Below, piece after piece: positions 63,936 to 64,000 of a stretch of DNA of 64,000 bases. Below the pieces are notes generated by a model that was not told where the DNA came from, searched no databases, and saw only the letters and a program-made list of their open reading frames with translations. Both the position numbers and the translations under genes were made by a program. Each line of letters begins with the position of its first letter. Within the stretch, counting starts at the first letter, position 1. Source of the stretch: Octopus vulgaris (lineage: Eukaryota); NCBI GenBank assembly GCA_951406725.2, contig OX597818.1, positions 124,124,001-124,188,000 of the forward strand. The letters are read 5' to 3'.

Positions 63936-64000
63936 CATGAATGTATTAGCATAGGCATCGCTTCATTTTTAACATCTCTGTTATGCATTTCATACAATGA

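Overview
AT-rich, repeat-dense animal genomic DNA. The SINE/LINE/microsatellite make-up is typical of an octopus-like cephalopod (inference from repeat content). Two host genes are supported directly: (1) the last five coding exons of ABTB1 (ankyrin repeat and BTB/POZ protein 1) on the + strand (2661-15280), with canonical GT-AG sites and compatible phases; (2) an apparently intact 7SL/SRP RNA gene at 40724-41021 with an upstream TATA and a T-run terminator. The rest is mostly mobile DNA: a full-length mariner with TIRs, several RTE, CR1-group and R4/Dong LINE fragments, a decayed Penelope-like element, an internally deleted Gypsy-like element, MITEs, and dozens of copies of three tRNA-derived SINE families (called A, B and C here) plus RTE 3' ends (D). 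Most notable: a tRNA-headed short element carrying a minimal hammerhead ribozyme (55396-55673); further hammerhead-like motifs in TA-flanked elements; a PHD finger inserted in-frame within RTE reverse transcriptase; an (AAT)n-targeted retroelement pile-up containing an unidentified 556-bp element; SINE multimers with a fixed junction; a 72-bp target-site duplication; and hints of an unannotated minus-strand transcript divergent from 7SL. All calls are by-eye; no database searches were run and TE boundaries are approximate.
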